DNA of 64,000 bases from a virus. Made by a program: the position numbers and the translations under genes. The stretch's first letter is position 1, and each line of letters opens with the position of its first letter. This document shows, piece by piece, positions 30,191-38,987 of this stretch. The notes under the pieces were generated by a model. It did not search any database, was not told the DNA's origin, and saw only the letters and a program-made list of their open reading frames with translations. The stretch is from positions 50,313 to 114,312 of IMG/VR virus record IMGVR_UViG_3300021185_003853, one strand, 5' to 3'.

Positions 30191-33100
30191 TGGCTATATA
30201 CACAGGTCTTAATGTATCATTACACCTAAATGATTTAAATAATTCTAGCGAGTCTTTAAGAAACTTGGGAATGGATCGCAAGGATTTTGATCATATTCGT
30301 GGGCTCAGTAATGTTTTAGAGACAAGGAACCAGCTTCATTTGCTAGGAAACCTTGACGTTGATCAACAAAAACAAACATATCTAATGTATCGATCAGCAA
30401 CCAGTATGAGTGCAGAATTAGATAATATTGATGACACGAACAAGCCGTTACCTTACGATATTCGCATCAATAATCAGTTACGTGCTGGCGCAATAAAATA
30501 TAAGTATTTAGACGGATCAAATACAATTAAAAGTGCTGATATTTCGACAAGTCGTGTATCTTCGTGGTCGCAGATAGGTGACGGGCCGATCTTTTACGGC
30601 GCTGATGTAAATATTAATCCTTATGATGGATCTGATGCTTCAACAGGCGATCCCAACAAAAGCATTTTAAAATTAAAAGATATCGTATTTAAAGGCGAAT
30701 TTTCTCCTAAACGATTTGCCGCTGAAGTTCCTACGCACACGGTCACTGTAAATGTAAACGGAGTTGATCGTGAATTATATGCTATGCGCAACATTCCTAT
30801 GCGATTTGAAGGTAATTTTTCTAGTGCAAAAGTTACATATTCAATTGATAATGCATCTATTGCGCCGACAGTTTTATTTGTAGATCCTCAAAATTTTGAT
30901 CCGCAGTTAGAGATTGCCGTAACAGGTCCTACGAGTACACTAAATCATACCGCTGAAGTAACAAACATCAAAGGCGGCGATAAATTTATTGATATTTACT
31001 ATAGACCTGATGGGTTAAAAAAGTTAACATTGCCTGCTATGCAACTGTTTGATTTCCCTGCAATAGAGTTAAGGAATTTAAATTCAATATCTGTTGCAAA
31101 TAATAAATTAGAAAATATGCCCGATTGGTTTGCTATCAGCGGAGGCAACCTTACTGGGCATACACAGGCATTAACAACAGTTACAATGTCAGGTAATCCG
31201 CTATATAAATCTTCTGATGTTGCCAACACACAATTGCAAAAACTGCCCAGGTCAGTGCAAACATTAAATATACATGGATGCTTTTCTGATTCAACTCCTA
31301 TTGATATAAGCCAATTAAAACAAGGTGGAGGATCAACAACTTTAGTCGACTCGAATTTAAAATATTTCAGGTTTAGTGGATGGAATAATAATAAAAGAGT
31401 TGACATGAAAGATACAGGCACAACACCAAAGGTCAATGTTTCTACGATTCTGAATTATCAAGTCAGATATCATCCGTATACTCGTTTAAGTTATAGTGCA
31501 GCAGGCGCACCAAATTTGAACAGCTTAGATCTTTATGGAATGAATATAAATTCAGCAGAGCAAGCAAATGGATCAACAACATCAACGATCACAATTGCTT
31601 CTTCAGGCATTCAAACTATAAACATGGACTATAATGCTATAGACGTAATAGACGTCTCGGGTAAACAAGAACTTACATCTTATACACACAGACATAATCA
31701 CAATAGTGCAAACAATAATATAGAAACATTGTTTACTGGATGTGTTGCGTTATCTTCTTTAGATTTTGAAAATTCGAGTGTGACAGGAAACTTAGACAGT
31801 ATTTTCACGGGACTTCCTGAACTATCATTACTAGATTTGCGAAACACTAGATTGACGGGAAAGATGACCGCTAACGCTTTCGCCGGAACGAAATTACAAG
31901 AATTTAGCTGTACAAATGGCCAATTTGTTACTGCAGCCGGCCAAAACAACTTTTTCGGCAACGACCATATCCCTATAGCAAATGAACCTCCCGGAGCAGT
32001 AGGGTCAGATTATGCTGGTGGTTATTATGCAGGAACAATTGTTGATAACAGCAACGAAGAGTATTGGTTAGTTGTTTCAGATAAAAGTCACGAAGTCATA
32101 CGTTCACGATATGCAATTCTTGGAGGTAACGGAACTTCTGGGTCAACAGATGCAAGGACTGGCTTAGATAATACTACTGTTGAATTTAATACCTCAGATT
32201 ATGAAGCAGCGAGTTATGCTTTGGGATTGAGTGTTACAGATGGCGATACAACATACGATGATTGGTATATTCCGTCAAAAAGTGAACTTGAAATGATGTA
32301 TCGGAATTTCAAACCGACATCAACACCTAATGACACATCAAGCGGGAACAATCCTCATTCTAGGCCAACATATACGACAACCTATAATGATAACCCGATA
32401 AATCCCACACAAACGCCTTTCAGTGCTTTTCAGACAGGTGGCGCACAAGCATTTTCAACGCCTGCGCCTCAACAATATGTGTCTAACTTCAATTTCTCTT
32501 CAGGGACAACTGGGTGGACAGGGTTTAATGGCGCAACAATATCTGTGCCACAAGGAAGCAGTAATAAGATTCGTGTAGCGCAAGATTCTGCCGGAACTGC
32601 CGCATCAGGAACGCCAAGTGCAACCGATGCAGTTGCCGGTAACGCAGGTGTATTCCAGACGGTAACTCTACCTGCTGGGACATATGATTTTGATTTTGAA
32701 TTTGCTGCTTCTAGAGCAACAATCCCTTCTGGGTCATTTGTTTCTGGTGAGACATATGAAATTGTAAGTTTAGGAATTGCACCAACATTTAATAATATTA
32801 CATATTCAAGCATCAATCAAACCAATGATAGAATCACGCTAGGTTCTGGGCACGGATTAACTAACGGAACAATTGTTACATTTAGTCATGTTTCAGGTGT
32901 CACAGAAAGTTTTACAAATTTAGCTACTGGGACAAATTACAGGGTTGTTGATACAGCGGCCGCTTCTATTAAATTAGAACCTGTCGGTGGCGGTGGCGCA
33001 ATTGATATTGCTCAATCTGCAGATGTGACTCATGCATATACAATTACTGCCGGTGACGGAACTGATTATACGTTTGATGCAGGAACGGATCGATCTGCTG

Positions 33101-34608
33101 CTGCAACCGGAACAACAGATCCTGACATTATCATACTTTTAGGTGATACAGCAACATTTGATTTAACCGCTTTGGCAGGCGCTCATCCTTTGTATATAAA
33201 AACAGCATTAGGTTCAGGCACAACAAATCAAATAACAGATGCAACTGTAACAGGTCAAGGCACGGACAATGTCTCATTCACTCCAACATCAGCAGGACAA
33301 TATTTTTATCAATGTTCTGCTCATCCTGATATGGAGGGAACAATTACTGTACTGCAAAGAACAGGAACATTTGGTATTGCTGTTGATCTTGCAGAGAATT
33401 GGAGTGATATTGGTGCAAGTACTGTTGCTGTGGGAGCAAACTTCGATGCTTCAGGGTCATATGCTACAGGAACTACTCTTTACGGTGCATCTGTTGCACT
33501 CGCAAGTAGCAACGACCTTTATGAGCATTATGTGTACGGATTAATATCACCAGGAACTGACCCTGATGCTTCAACCATAGGAAATTCAGTTGCAAGCTAT
33601 TCATATGATGTTATAAACGATACTGCTACGATTTCAGGTAATGGGACTACTTCTGCAAGCACATTTACTGTTGATGCGCAAGCAACATATGTTGTAAGTT
33701 TAAAATCATTTGCATTTGATCTTGATGTCACAAAAATATCAATTCGAAGCAGAGAAGGATATTATTGGACATCAACTAGCTCATCAGCTGTTAATACTCA
33801 GGGTATTGCACAAAACTTCGACAATGGTGAACAGGTTGATGTGCATAAAGATCACAGATATTTGGTGCGCCCAGTTAGGCGAGTAAGTAAAAACTCTGAC
33901 GTATCTGCTGAGCAACAAGGCACATCATTAACATTCCAACCTGTTCAATCAACTTTGGTTAATTTTACGCTTGAAGGTCAAGGAAGAAATGCATCGACAG
34001 GGCCTAATGTACGAGGCAAGATGCCTAATACTGCATATCTTGCACAAATACAAACCTTTAGTTTGACCAATACGCAAATCGAAGGAATTATTCCTGATTT
34101 CAGCAACTCTCTGAACTTGAATAAGTTGATTTTAAGCAATAACAATTTTACAGGTCCTTTTGCAATTAACAATCCTTCAGTGGCGCAAGTTGAAATTCAA
34201 AATAACAACTTGACAGGGATAGGGTCACTATTTGCTGCAAATATGTGGAAATTGCATGGTCAGGATAACGATTTTGAAAATGCTGTGCCGTCTTTCGTAG
34301 CGTGTCAAGATATATCTGATATAAATTTAAGCAGGAATCAGTTTACTGGGTATTTGGCAGGGTCTTTGTCCACAAACCTCGAATTGAAAAAATTAAATTT
34401 ATCAGAGAATGCATTAACAGAGGGTGCTGCACAGAGAATATTCGAAGACATGATGACAAACTGGACTGCTAATACACGAGATGGAGTGACTGTAAATCTA
34501 TCGGGCAATCCTCAAGTGAGAGAATCTAGATTAATTAAAAACGCAACCACAGGCGGAATTATACGAGAGTTAAGATCTGTTGGTTGGACAATATTGCTCA
34601 ACGCATAG
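30190..34608 (+). CDS. Leucine-rich-repeat virion protein with nested DUF1566-like, CBM-like and cupredoxin-like domains
   Basis: LRR units (LNSISVANNKL, LSLLDLRNTRLTG, LNKLILSNNNFTG, LKKLNLSENAL); DWYIPSKSEL and YYWTST...VRPVRRV; YFYQCSAHPDMEGTITV. Confidence 0.75.
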   Translation: MAIYTGLNVSLHLNDLNNSSESLRNLGMDRKDFDHIRGLSNVLETRNQLHLLGNLDVDQQKQTYLMYRSATSMSAELDNIDDTNKPLPYDIRINNQLRAGAIKYKYLDGSNTIKSADISTSRVSSWSQIGDGPIFYGADVNINPYDGSDASTGDPNKSILKLKDIVFKGEFSPKRFAAEVPTHTVTVNVNGVDRELYAMRNIPMRFEGNFSSAKVTYSIDNASIAPTVLFVDPQNFDPQLEIAVTGPTSTLNHTAEVTNIKGGDKFIDIYYRPDGLKKLTLPAMQLFDFPAIELRNLNSISVANNKLENMPDWFAISGGNLTGHTQALTTVTMSGNPLYKSSDVANTQLQKLPRSVQTLNIHGCFSDSTPIDISQLKQGGGSTTLVDSNLKYFRFSGWNNNKRVDMKDTGTTPKVNVSTILNYQVRYHPYTRLSYSAAGAPNLNSLDLYGMNINSAEQANGSTTSTITIASSGIQTINMDYNAIDVIDVSGKQELTSYTHRHNHNSANNNIETLFTGCVALSSLDFENSSVTGNLDSIFTGLPELSLLDLRNTRLTGKMTANAFAGTKLQEFSCTNGQFVTAAGQNNFFGNDHIPIANEPPGAVGSDYAGGYYAGTIVDNSNEEYWLVVSDKSHEVIRSRYAILGGNGTSGSTDARTGLDNTTVEFNTSDYEAASYALGLSVTDGDTTYDDWYIPSKSELEMMYRNFKPTSTPNDTSSGNNPHSRPTYTTTYNDNPINPTQTPFSAFQTGGAQAFSTPAPQQYVSNFNFSSGTTGWTGFNGATISVPQGSSNKIRVAQDSAGTAASGTPSATDAVAGNAGVFQTVTLPAGTYDFDFEFAASRATIPSGSFVSGETYEIVSLGIAPTFNNITYSSINQTNDRITLGSGHGLTNGTIVTFSHVSGVTESFTNLATGTNYRVVDTAAASIKLEPVGGGGAIDIAQSADVTHAYTITAGDGTDYTFDAGTDRSAAATGTTDPDIIILLGDTATFDLTALAGAHPLYIKTALGSGTTNQITDATVTGQGTDNVSFTPTSAGQYFYQCSAHPDMEGTITVLQRTGTFGIAVDLAENWSDIGASTVAVGANFDASGSYATGTTLYGASVALASSNDLYEHYVYGLISPGTDPDASTIGNSVASYSYDVINDTATISGNGTTSASTFTVDAQATYVVSLKSFAFDLDVTKISIRSREGYYWTSTSSSAVNTQGIAQNFDNGEQVDVHKDHRYLVRPVRRVSKNSDVSAEQQGTSLTFQPVQSTLVNFTLEGQGRNASTGPNVRGKMPNTAYLAQIQTFSLTNTQIEGIIPDFSNSLNLNKLILSNNNFTGPFAINNPSVAQVEIQNNNLTGIGSLFAANMWKLHGQDNDFENAVPSFVACQDISDINLSRNQFTGYLAGSLSTNLELKKLNLSENALTEGAAQRIFEDMMTNWTANTRDGVTVNLSGNPQVRESRLIKNATTGGIIRELRSVGWTILLNA

Positions 34609-34617
34609 GTATCATAA

Positions 34618-35754
34618 ATGGCAATCGGATTTGCAAAAACATCAAACTTATTCGAATCGCAAGATTCAAATTCTGCGACTAAAATATTTAACAATCTTGC
34701 AGGAGAAGGCATTTCTTCTGATATTGCGTTATTTACGAATAACTTACGCACAGTAACTGAACTTGATTACACAAATTTCAAAGCAAGTGCGCAATCTTTT
34801 CCTTCTCCAGATGAGGTTTTTTATACTGTAGGAAATGCTGCCGCATACGAGTTTATAGTCATTCCTTCTAGCGACTTCGGCAAAGTTCCGTTTAGTAATA
34901 ATTCGATCATATATGTTGTACAGAATAATAGTATTAAAACTTCGTATATAGTTGACGACAGCAATGGCATCGATAGGTTCAGACTTTATGCTTGGAACGG
35001 CACAACAAAAGGTGCTGTCGCATCATGGGACGATTTTAAGGATCTTGCAACCAAAAAGTTTTTTAGGCCAGATCCTGTCACATTTGCTAACATAACCAAT
35101 TACTCTAAAGATCGCATAACAATGAACGATGAGTCAACATCTTTAGAGAATCCGTATTCATTACCAGAAGAGTTACAAACTAGCAATAGAGATCGGTCAC
35201 AACAAGTAACATTTCTAAAAACTCTTACGCCACAAAGTTTGAATAGTCGAATTGATAGTGCAATAGAGAGTTTTCAGTATAAAGAATCAAGAAGTATACT
35301 TACACACAGAAAGGCTATACTTAATAAATTATTGAACGTGGGCGGCACTTTGCAAATAGCAAATGATGCTGGCTTAGTGCTAGGCACTACAGCAACCAAT
35401 GACACGATGCCAGGATTATATATCATGGCTGATGGCGTTAAGGAAAGAGCGTTTTCTGACACGAACAACCCATGGGTTGTAGGGACTGAAGATTTGATTT
35501 CTTATGATACTGATGACACTGTGCTCGCAACAGAAAGTTTTATAAAAACTGCTTCGACAACACAAGATGCACAAGTGTTCAATCTGCTTTATAAGGGTCC
35601 CAATCCACACATAATAACAACAAACGCTTCAGGTGTCAGGACAACCAATGGTTCAAAAGTAGTCGACTCAACATGGACACATAAAGCGAAAGTTGAAATT
35701 AATGGCGAAGCATATTATATATTACTAACCGATCAAGCAAGCACCTTTACTTAA
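34618..35754 (+). CDS. Hypothetical virion protein related to both neighbours
   Basis: 378 aa; N-terminal GF...NLFE......IFNNLAG; C-terminal THKAKVEINGEAYYILL. Confidence 0.65.
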   Translation: MAIGFAKTSNLFESQDSNSATKIFNNLAGEGISSDIALFTNNLRTVTELDYTNFKASAQSFPSPDEVFYTVGNAAAYEFIVIPSSDFGKVPFSNNSIIYVVQNNSIKTSYIVDDSNGIDRFRLYAWNGTTKGAVASWDDFKDLATKKFFRPDPVTFANITNYSKDRITMNDESTSLENPYSLPEELQTSNRDRSQQVTFLKTLTPQSLNSRIDSAIESFQYKESRSILTHRKAILNKLLNVGGTLQIANDAGLVLGTTATNDTMPGLYIMADGVKERAFSDTNNPWVVGTEDLISYDTDDTVLATESFIKTASTTQDAQVFNLLYKGPNPHIITTNASGVRTTNGSKVVDSTWTHKAKVEINGEAYYILLTDQASTFT

Positions 35755-38300
35755 TCCATTAATATCCAATAATCTTTGTAGGTGCTTGCGCCTGTTTTCT
35801 CTTTTAACAGCAACCCTTTACTTGCTGTTGCTGCTGTAGGAGAACTGACCTCTGTTGTATCTGCCTGTTCAATATTGATACCGGTTATTTCAAAGTCTCC
35901 GCCTATGGATAAATGCGGATGCGATGCAACTGTTGATAGTCCCAAGTCAGTTCCTGCAAAAGGTGGTGCAGTATTTAATGGGATAATACACAATTCTTTA
36001 TCGCCGGTTGACGGATCGCTTCCGGGATCATTCGCATCTTTTACAAATATTAATGTTCTTGAAGCAGGCAAACTGCCAATAAGTCCTGTTGATAATGTAA
36101 TTGACGGAGGATTTGTTGCACTATTTACGCTAGAAACTCGAGTCGTATTTGTCCCTGAAACTATTCCCGGGAGTTGTACGAAATCACCGCTACTACCTGA
36201 AGTAATATTACTCACATCTGTTAAGAATATTTGCGTGGCGCCAGAATTTGCTGTAACAGCGACTTCTTTTCCGTAAACACCTTCACATTGTGCAGACGTT
36301 GAATGATCAGATAGCCCACGATGAGCATATACAAGACACCAATTGTACGCATCACTATTAAATGTTTCGTTTCCTATAGGATTTGACGTAACTACAACAG
36401 TATCCATGCCTTGTGAGGTAGTAATACTAACGATATCTACTAATTTCCTGCATGTATTTTGCGTAGTGTTTAATGTTATCAGAAGATCATCCGGACGCAT
36501 ATCACTTGAGTTGTATTGGTGTCCTGTATAGGGTGTTGTAACCGTAGCATCTCCAGTCCATGAGTTACCCGCTTCTTTTAAAAAATGATTAGTCTCTGTA
36601 GCTGATGATAAATTGCGATCAAATTGATGTTGAAAGATGCCCAACAATCCTTTTGGCTTAACAACAAAATAATTTTGCGATTGGCCGATTGGCATGGCTC
36701 CTGCGATAGCAGCCAGATCTTCGACCATCGACCCCTTAAAGGGTTCCGTGATAATAATATTATCTCTTACTTCATGTACTTGAAAATAGTAGTAGTGAGT
36801 GCCATCGGCAAAAGCAGGCAACAATATATCACCTTCTTCAACAAATGTTGCTGATGTGACAAACGTCTTTCCGCCTAAATATGTAAAGGGATAATTTGCA
36901 CCGCTATTTTTAACATAATCATTTACAGAGGTTGTCGGCGCATAATCAATGTACACGGGTTTTTCGTTCTGTAGATACTGATCAGTCTTTTTCAATCTAC
37001 CGCTGATTCTATTTCTTTTGAAATGATCAAATGTGTTCACCTTTGCTACGCTATCAGGTGTCAATTGCGGCGTTTTATACCAATAGTTAAAAGGTGTGGT
37101 GCTTGCGGAAGTTTCAGCTGTATCATGTATGTTGAAAAAGAATTTTAACGGGCCATATGTAGTCACATCAGTTTTAAAGTTTGAGCTGCTTCCGTCTGAC
37201 ATTCCCGGAATAAGAGTGTGGTCTCCCCCAAATTGCTCTGGACGTGGGTACCATACAGTTAGTCGTATTCTATTCGTTTGTCCTTTGGCTTTACTGCCAA
37301 ATGGGTTAAAGTCGACACGTAAATCATCTTCACCTATATTCCATGTAAATCCCAATCCCGCCCCGGCAGATACATCATTTAACCCTGATCCTGGTCCGTC
37401 AATTTTTTCAATATCGATTGTGTTAGCAGAGTGATTTACATCTATTATTTTGTATGTGCTAGACCCCTGAGTTATTTTCATTCCTTCCCATGCATATTGC
37501 ATAGATGTGGAAGTGATTTGAATTCCGGTCAGCTGGTTTGCATTATTGGCAATACCGACTTCTAGTTCGAGCATCACCTCATCAAGACCTTCACCTGATA
37601 CACGCTTTATAGTTTCCCATGCTGAGGTTGATTCATTGTATTCTTCGAATAAGCAAAATGCATTAGTAATAATTGATAAATCATTATTATGATATGCTGA
37701 AAAATGTCCTTCCCAGCACAGAGCGCCAAAAGATGATGTAAATGTCGGATGCAATGGTCCACTGAATGCAAATCTGCCGTCAATCCAATAATCTTCATCC
37801 GTTAATATTCTTCCTGCTGCATTTGTTGTATCGAAAATATCATCAGCAGTAATAGTATGGCCCGTATCGCTAGCCCACTGTTCAATAAACAGCCTACCTG
37901 CCGCATCTTTTAATGCTTCGGGGGGAACAACAAATGCATTCGGGCCCGTACCGCCTAAGTGATATGCGGGATCACCTAACACAACTTTCTTTGTTTGGAT
38001 TATGTCTTTAATTGTGATCAACGGCTCAACAGGTGCAGGAACACCTATAGTGAGTCCGCCAGTATTAGGATCAGTTACAATTGGAGTATATAACACTTCG
38101 GTGTTTGCAAGAGGCGCTAAATCTTCAGCAAATACATTTGTAGTTTTTAATCCGTTGATTACTGTTAGATCTGATGGCGTAAATGTTTGCCCAGGTGTAA
38201 AGTCATCTAGGATATTTGCCAATGCCTTTGATTTATTTGTAAGATCTGATAGATTTCTATCTGCTCTTAATCCGAACCTTGTATATTTTGAAATTGCCAT
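35751..38300 (-). CDS. Reverse-strand virion protein, possible PA14-like domain
   Basis: 849 aa with GAGG RBS and a late promoter on the minus strand; GLRADRNLSDLTNKSKALANIL start. The YWIDG...LCWEGHF...RIRLTVWY PA14-like pattern is tentative. Confidence 0.75.
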   Translation of the reverse strand: MAISKYTRFGLRADRNLSDLTNKSKALANILDDFTPGQTFTPSDLTVINGLKTTNVFAEDLAPLANTEVLYTPIVTDPNTGGLTIGVPAPVEPLITIKDIIQTKKVVLGDPAYHLGGTGPNAFVVPPEALKDAAGRLFIEQWASDTGHTITADDIFDTTNAAGRILTDEDYWIDGRFAFSGPLHPTFTSSFGALCWEGHFSAYHNNDLSIITNAFCLFEEYNESTSAWETIKRVSGEGLDEVMLELEVGIANNANQLTGIQITSTSMQYAWEGMKITQGSSTYKIIDVNHSANTIDIEKIDGPGSGLNDVSAGAGLGFTWNIGEDDLRVDFNPFGSKAKGQTNRIRLTVWYPRPEQFGGDHTLIPGMSDGSSSNFKTDVTTYGPLKFFFNIHDTAETSASTTPFNYWYKTPQLTPDSVAKVNTFDHFKRNRISGRLKKTDQYLQNEKPVYIDYAPTTSVNDYVKNSGANYPFTYLGGKTFVTSATFVEEGDILLPAFADGTHYYYFQVHEVRDNIIITEPFKGSMVEDLAAIAGAMPIGQSQNYFVVKPKGLLGIFQHQFDRNLSSATETNHFLKEAGNSWTGDATVTTPYTGHQYNSSDMRPDDLLITLNTTQNTCRKLVDIVSITTSQGMDTVVVTSNPIGNETFNSDAYNWCLVYAHRGLSDHSTSAQCEGVYGKEVAVTANSGATQIFLTDVSNITSGSSGDFVQLPGIVSGTNTTRVSSVNSATNPPSITLSTGLIGSLPASRTLIFVKDANDPGSDPSTGDKELCIIPLNTAPPFAGTDLGLSTVASHPHLSIGGDFEITGINIEQADTTEVSSPTAATASKGLLLKEKTGASTYKDYWILMD

Positions 38301-38333
38301 TCTTTTCCTCGAGAGTAGGACTTGTGTTTATAT

Positions 38334-38345
38334 TATTTATAAATA
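38334..38345. promoter_or_regulatory. Bidirectional late promoter, palindrome TATTTATAAATA
   Basis: TATAAATA at 38338-38345 on + and at 38341-38334 on -, between divergent genes. Confidence 0.85.
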
Positions 38346-38371
38346 CTAATTAACATTGATTGGAGAAACTA

Positions 38372-38761
38372 ATGGCTGTTAAGGCAAATATAACTATAGA
38401 TCAAGGCACAGATTTTGATGCAACCATAGATTTAACAACACCTGAAGGTTTGCCTGTGAACTTAACAGGATTTACTGTTGCTTCACAGATGAGAAAAAAT
38501 TACGCATCAGCGACTGAAACGACAACATTTCAAGCATCACACAATAATTTAGCAGGGCAAATAGTCGTGCAACTTCCTAAAGATGATTATGTGACGGGTG
38601 CAGGAACTGAGTCAGAGAAAACGCATCTTGGCACTAATTCACTTGAACCAGGAAGATATTTATATGATGTCGAAATAACATCTCCTGTTGCTGACGGATC
38701 AAAAACAAGTCGTGTTGTTCAAGGAACAGCAACTGTGACTGCAGGCATAACAAGGATTTAA
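38372..38761 (+). CDS. Conserved small virion protein (beta-sandwich, BppU-N-like)
   Basis: ANITIDQGTDF...NLTGFTVASQMRK...GRYLYDVEI...RVVQG. Start moved to ATG 38372 because GGAG lies at 38362-38365. Confidence 0.75.
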   Translation: MAVKANITIDQGTDFDATIDLTTPEGLPVNLTGFTVASQMRKNYASATETTTFQASHNNLAGQIVVQLPKDDYVTGAGTESEKTHLGTNSLEPGRYLYDVEITSPVADGSKTSRVVQGTATVTAGITRI

Positions 38762-38762
38762 C

Positions 38763-38987
38763 ATGAGTGATATAAAAGCAACTCTGACACCATCAAATCG
38801 ATTATTAGTAACAAACTACTCAGTTGGAGGCAGTGTTGCTAGTGTCACTCTTAGTAACTTAATTGACGTAGATGCAACAGGTCTTGCTGACGGAGCACTT
38901 CTGATCTATAACGCATCAACAACCCAGTGGGAAGCATCAGTTGAGTTAGATAACGAAAGCACTGTGCTTGAAGGAGGCACTTTCTAA
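38763..38987 (+). CDS. Small fibre-associated protein
   Basis: LSNLIDVD....DGALLIYNA....W repeat unit and terminal EGGTF. Confidence 0.65.
   Translation: MSDIKATLTPSNRLLVTNYSVGGSVASVTLSNLIDVDATGLADGALLIYNASTTQWEASVELDNESTVLEGGTF

Noticed and set aside
33760-33890. DUF1566/C-type-lectin C-terminus as a diversity-generating retroelement target
   Set aside because: I saw no reverse transcriptase and no adenine-variant template repeat in the window, and the segment is internal to the gene. A remote DGR elsewhere in the genome cannot be excluded.
38360-38371. ORF-track starts at 38360 and 56844
   Set aside because: These are upstream non-ATG starts. RBS position and conserved N-termini favour ATG 38372 and ATG 56853.
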